Part shown: piece by piece, positions 62,195-64,000 of the stretch
How the letters are laid out: the number at the start of each line of letters is the position of its first letter
Position numbering within the stretch: position 1 is the first letter of the stretch
Assembly: GCA_051047955.1 (NCBI GenBank)
Contig: JBPGPT010000008.1
Location: 558,001 to 622,000 of the forward strand
Source: Cystobasidiomycetes sp. EMM_F5
Lineage: Eukaryota
Length of the DNA stretch: 64,000 bases
Direction: 5' to 3'
The notes under the pieces: generated by a model
Seen by the model: the letters and a program-made list of their open reading frames with translations, nothing else
The model's database searches: none
Told to the model about the DNA's origin: nothing
Made by a program: the position numbers and the translations under genes

Positions 62195-64000
62195 ATGCTC
62201 GAACGACTGGTTTGTCGCTGTCCAAGCTGCCTGGCCGGCTGTATGGTCACTGTCCGCGAGCTGATCGAACGCGTTGTATGATGCACAGGAAGTGTACAAT
62301 TTCAAGAGCTACAAGGGGCATCAAGTGATGTGAGGCATGTTCGCGTTGAGCTTGCACACGGAAAGCTGATATACCTCGTCTTTTCCGCGTCGGAATCCGA
62401 CATCATTCACGCTGTGGATGTTGCAGAGGACCCTTCAAGCCGTTCTCATGCATCATTGGACCCAATGGAGCTGGCAAGTCCAATCTCATGGATGCTATCT
62501 CCTTCGTCCTCGGTGTCAGATCTGCCCAGCTCCGTTCAAATCAGCTGAAAGATCTCATATATCGAGCTGGGACGCGGCATGAAGATGGAGAGAATGGCAA
62601 TGGGGCGGACGAGATGATTGTGGACGGCAAAGGACGTCGGAGGAATGGGGCGGTGGATGATGACGATGAAGGACAGGCGAGAAAGGCATGGGTAATGGCA
62701 GTCTATGTCGACAAGGAGGACAAGGAGTGGAAATACCAACGCATGTGAGTATTATTATTCCTTCTCAATCATGGTGCACTAGCTGACGTTAATCTCTTTG
62801 TCTCCGTCAGTATCTCTGCAGCCGGTCAATCGGAATACCGCCTCAATGGCAAGACTGTCAAGGCAGACGCGTACAATGCGACCCTCGAAAAACAGAACAT
62901 TCTCGTCAAGGCAAGAAACTTTCTCGTCTTTCAAGGAGATGTAGAGGCCGTTGCGTCACAATCGCCAAAGGATCTCACCAAGCTTATTGAGCAGATTAGC
63001 GGGTCCGGTTTGGCATCAAAGCTTAGACACAGACACTGCTTGCTGATACAAACGCCCCAAACGCAGCTCATTGGATCTACGCGCAGAATACGAAGAAGCA
63101 AAACTCATTCAGGATCGTGCTGTCGAAGTGTCGACACAAAATTTCAACAAGCGACGTGGTATAAACTCTGAAATCAAGCAATTCAAAGAACAAAAGAGCG
63201 AAGCGGAACGGTTTGCAAATCTGCGGACGGAACATGAGGCCGCTATCGTCCACCACCTGCTGTGGAAGCTGTATCATGCGCAAAATAGTATAAAGGAACA
63301 GCGGGAAAAGGTCGATGAGATTGAGCAGGGTCTCGGGCAGAGTAGAGAAGCCATCGTCAAAAAAGAGGAGAATCTCAAGACTGCCCGAAAGGAGGTTGCG
63401 AGTGCTGAAAAGGCGTTCAAGAAGCACGAAAAGAAGGTCAAAGAAGCGGAGAAGCGGCTTGAAGAGAAGGTCAGTGGGCTGGTTGGTCGAGAGAATTGCG
63501 CAATATGCTGAGCGAAGGCTGGTCTCTACAACAGCGACCATTCTTGCTGGAAACAGATGCGGAAATTAAGCACATCTCCAAAAAGCTCAAAAAGGTTCAA
63601 GACGTGATCGATGTGGTCGAGCGAGAACGGACCGACAAGTCCGGAAACGTCGTTTCCTTGGAAGCTGAATTAGCCAAAGTCGAAAAGGCAGCACAAAAGT
63701 ACTATGAAGAAATGCGTCGGAAATCAGCTGTGTCTGCAGCTGTGTCCGGCTTGACGCTCTCAGAGGACGATCTACACGAGTATAATCGCTTAAAAGGCTC
63801 ATCGAGTAGGAAGGCAGTCAAGGAACGTGCAGATTTGGAAGATTGCGAAAGAAGCCTCAAGACCGATACATCGGACTTGAATGGACTCAAGGATAAAGCA
63901 GAACAAGCCTGTTTCAAATTGGACAAGGCGAAAACGGAGGAGGCTAGTCTGGATGAGCGTAATGCAACGGTCCGTGCGCATATGATCGGTTTCGTGATAT
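62195..64000 (+). CDS. SMC1: Cohesin subunit SMC1 (5' part; runs off the window)
   Basis: [99 protein letters not shown], then coiled coil. Confidence 0.96.

Overview
This is eukaryotic DNA: gene-dense, roughly 50% GC, with many short spliceosomal introns (mostly about 55-80 nt, CTRAC branch points). Gene content and intron style indicate a basidiomycete fungus; a Pucciniomycotina yeast is an inference. About 33 protein-coding loci can be reconstructed by hand-splicing. Recognisable housekeeping genes: ORC2, a kinesin-7-like motor, an ATP-dependent DNA ligase, an SRF-type MADS factor, RNase H2C, MPS1, REG1, MET14, SNX3, COX9, a UPF0303 protein, PRP4, RCD1/CAF40, mitochondrial MDH, BRR6/BRL1, BUB3, histone H3 and the 5' part of SMC1. 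Between them lie four tandem paralogue pairs (F-box x2, BTB x2, SnoaL/NTF2-like x2, an orphan pair). In two of these pairs the second copy appears damaged (ATG->ATA; 1-nt frameshift). Most interesting signals: (1) two complete introns abutting with a zero-nucleotide exon in MDH1, a recursive-splicing candidate; (2) a large heme-oxygenase-like diiron enzyme (HDO) directly downstream of APS kinase; (3) a 67-aa Cys-rich protein ending in CaaX that the ORF track misses; (4) a MET14 intron with about 157 nt free of AG; (5) an H3 start codon split by an intron; (6) a divergent DNA ligase with no recognisable BRCT domain. No transposon, rRNA, tRNA or CRISPR feature was recognised. All family calls come from motif recognition, not database searches, and gene ends from manual splicing may be off by a few bases or one exon.
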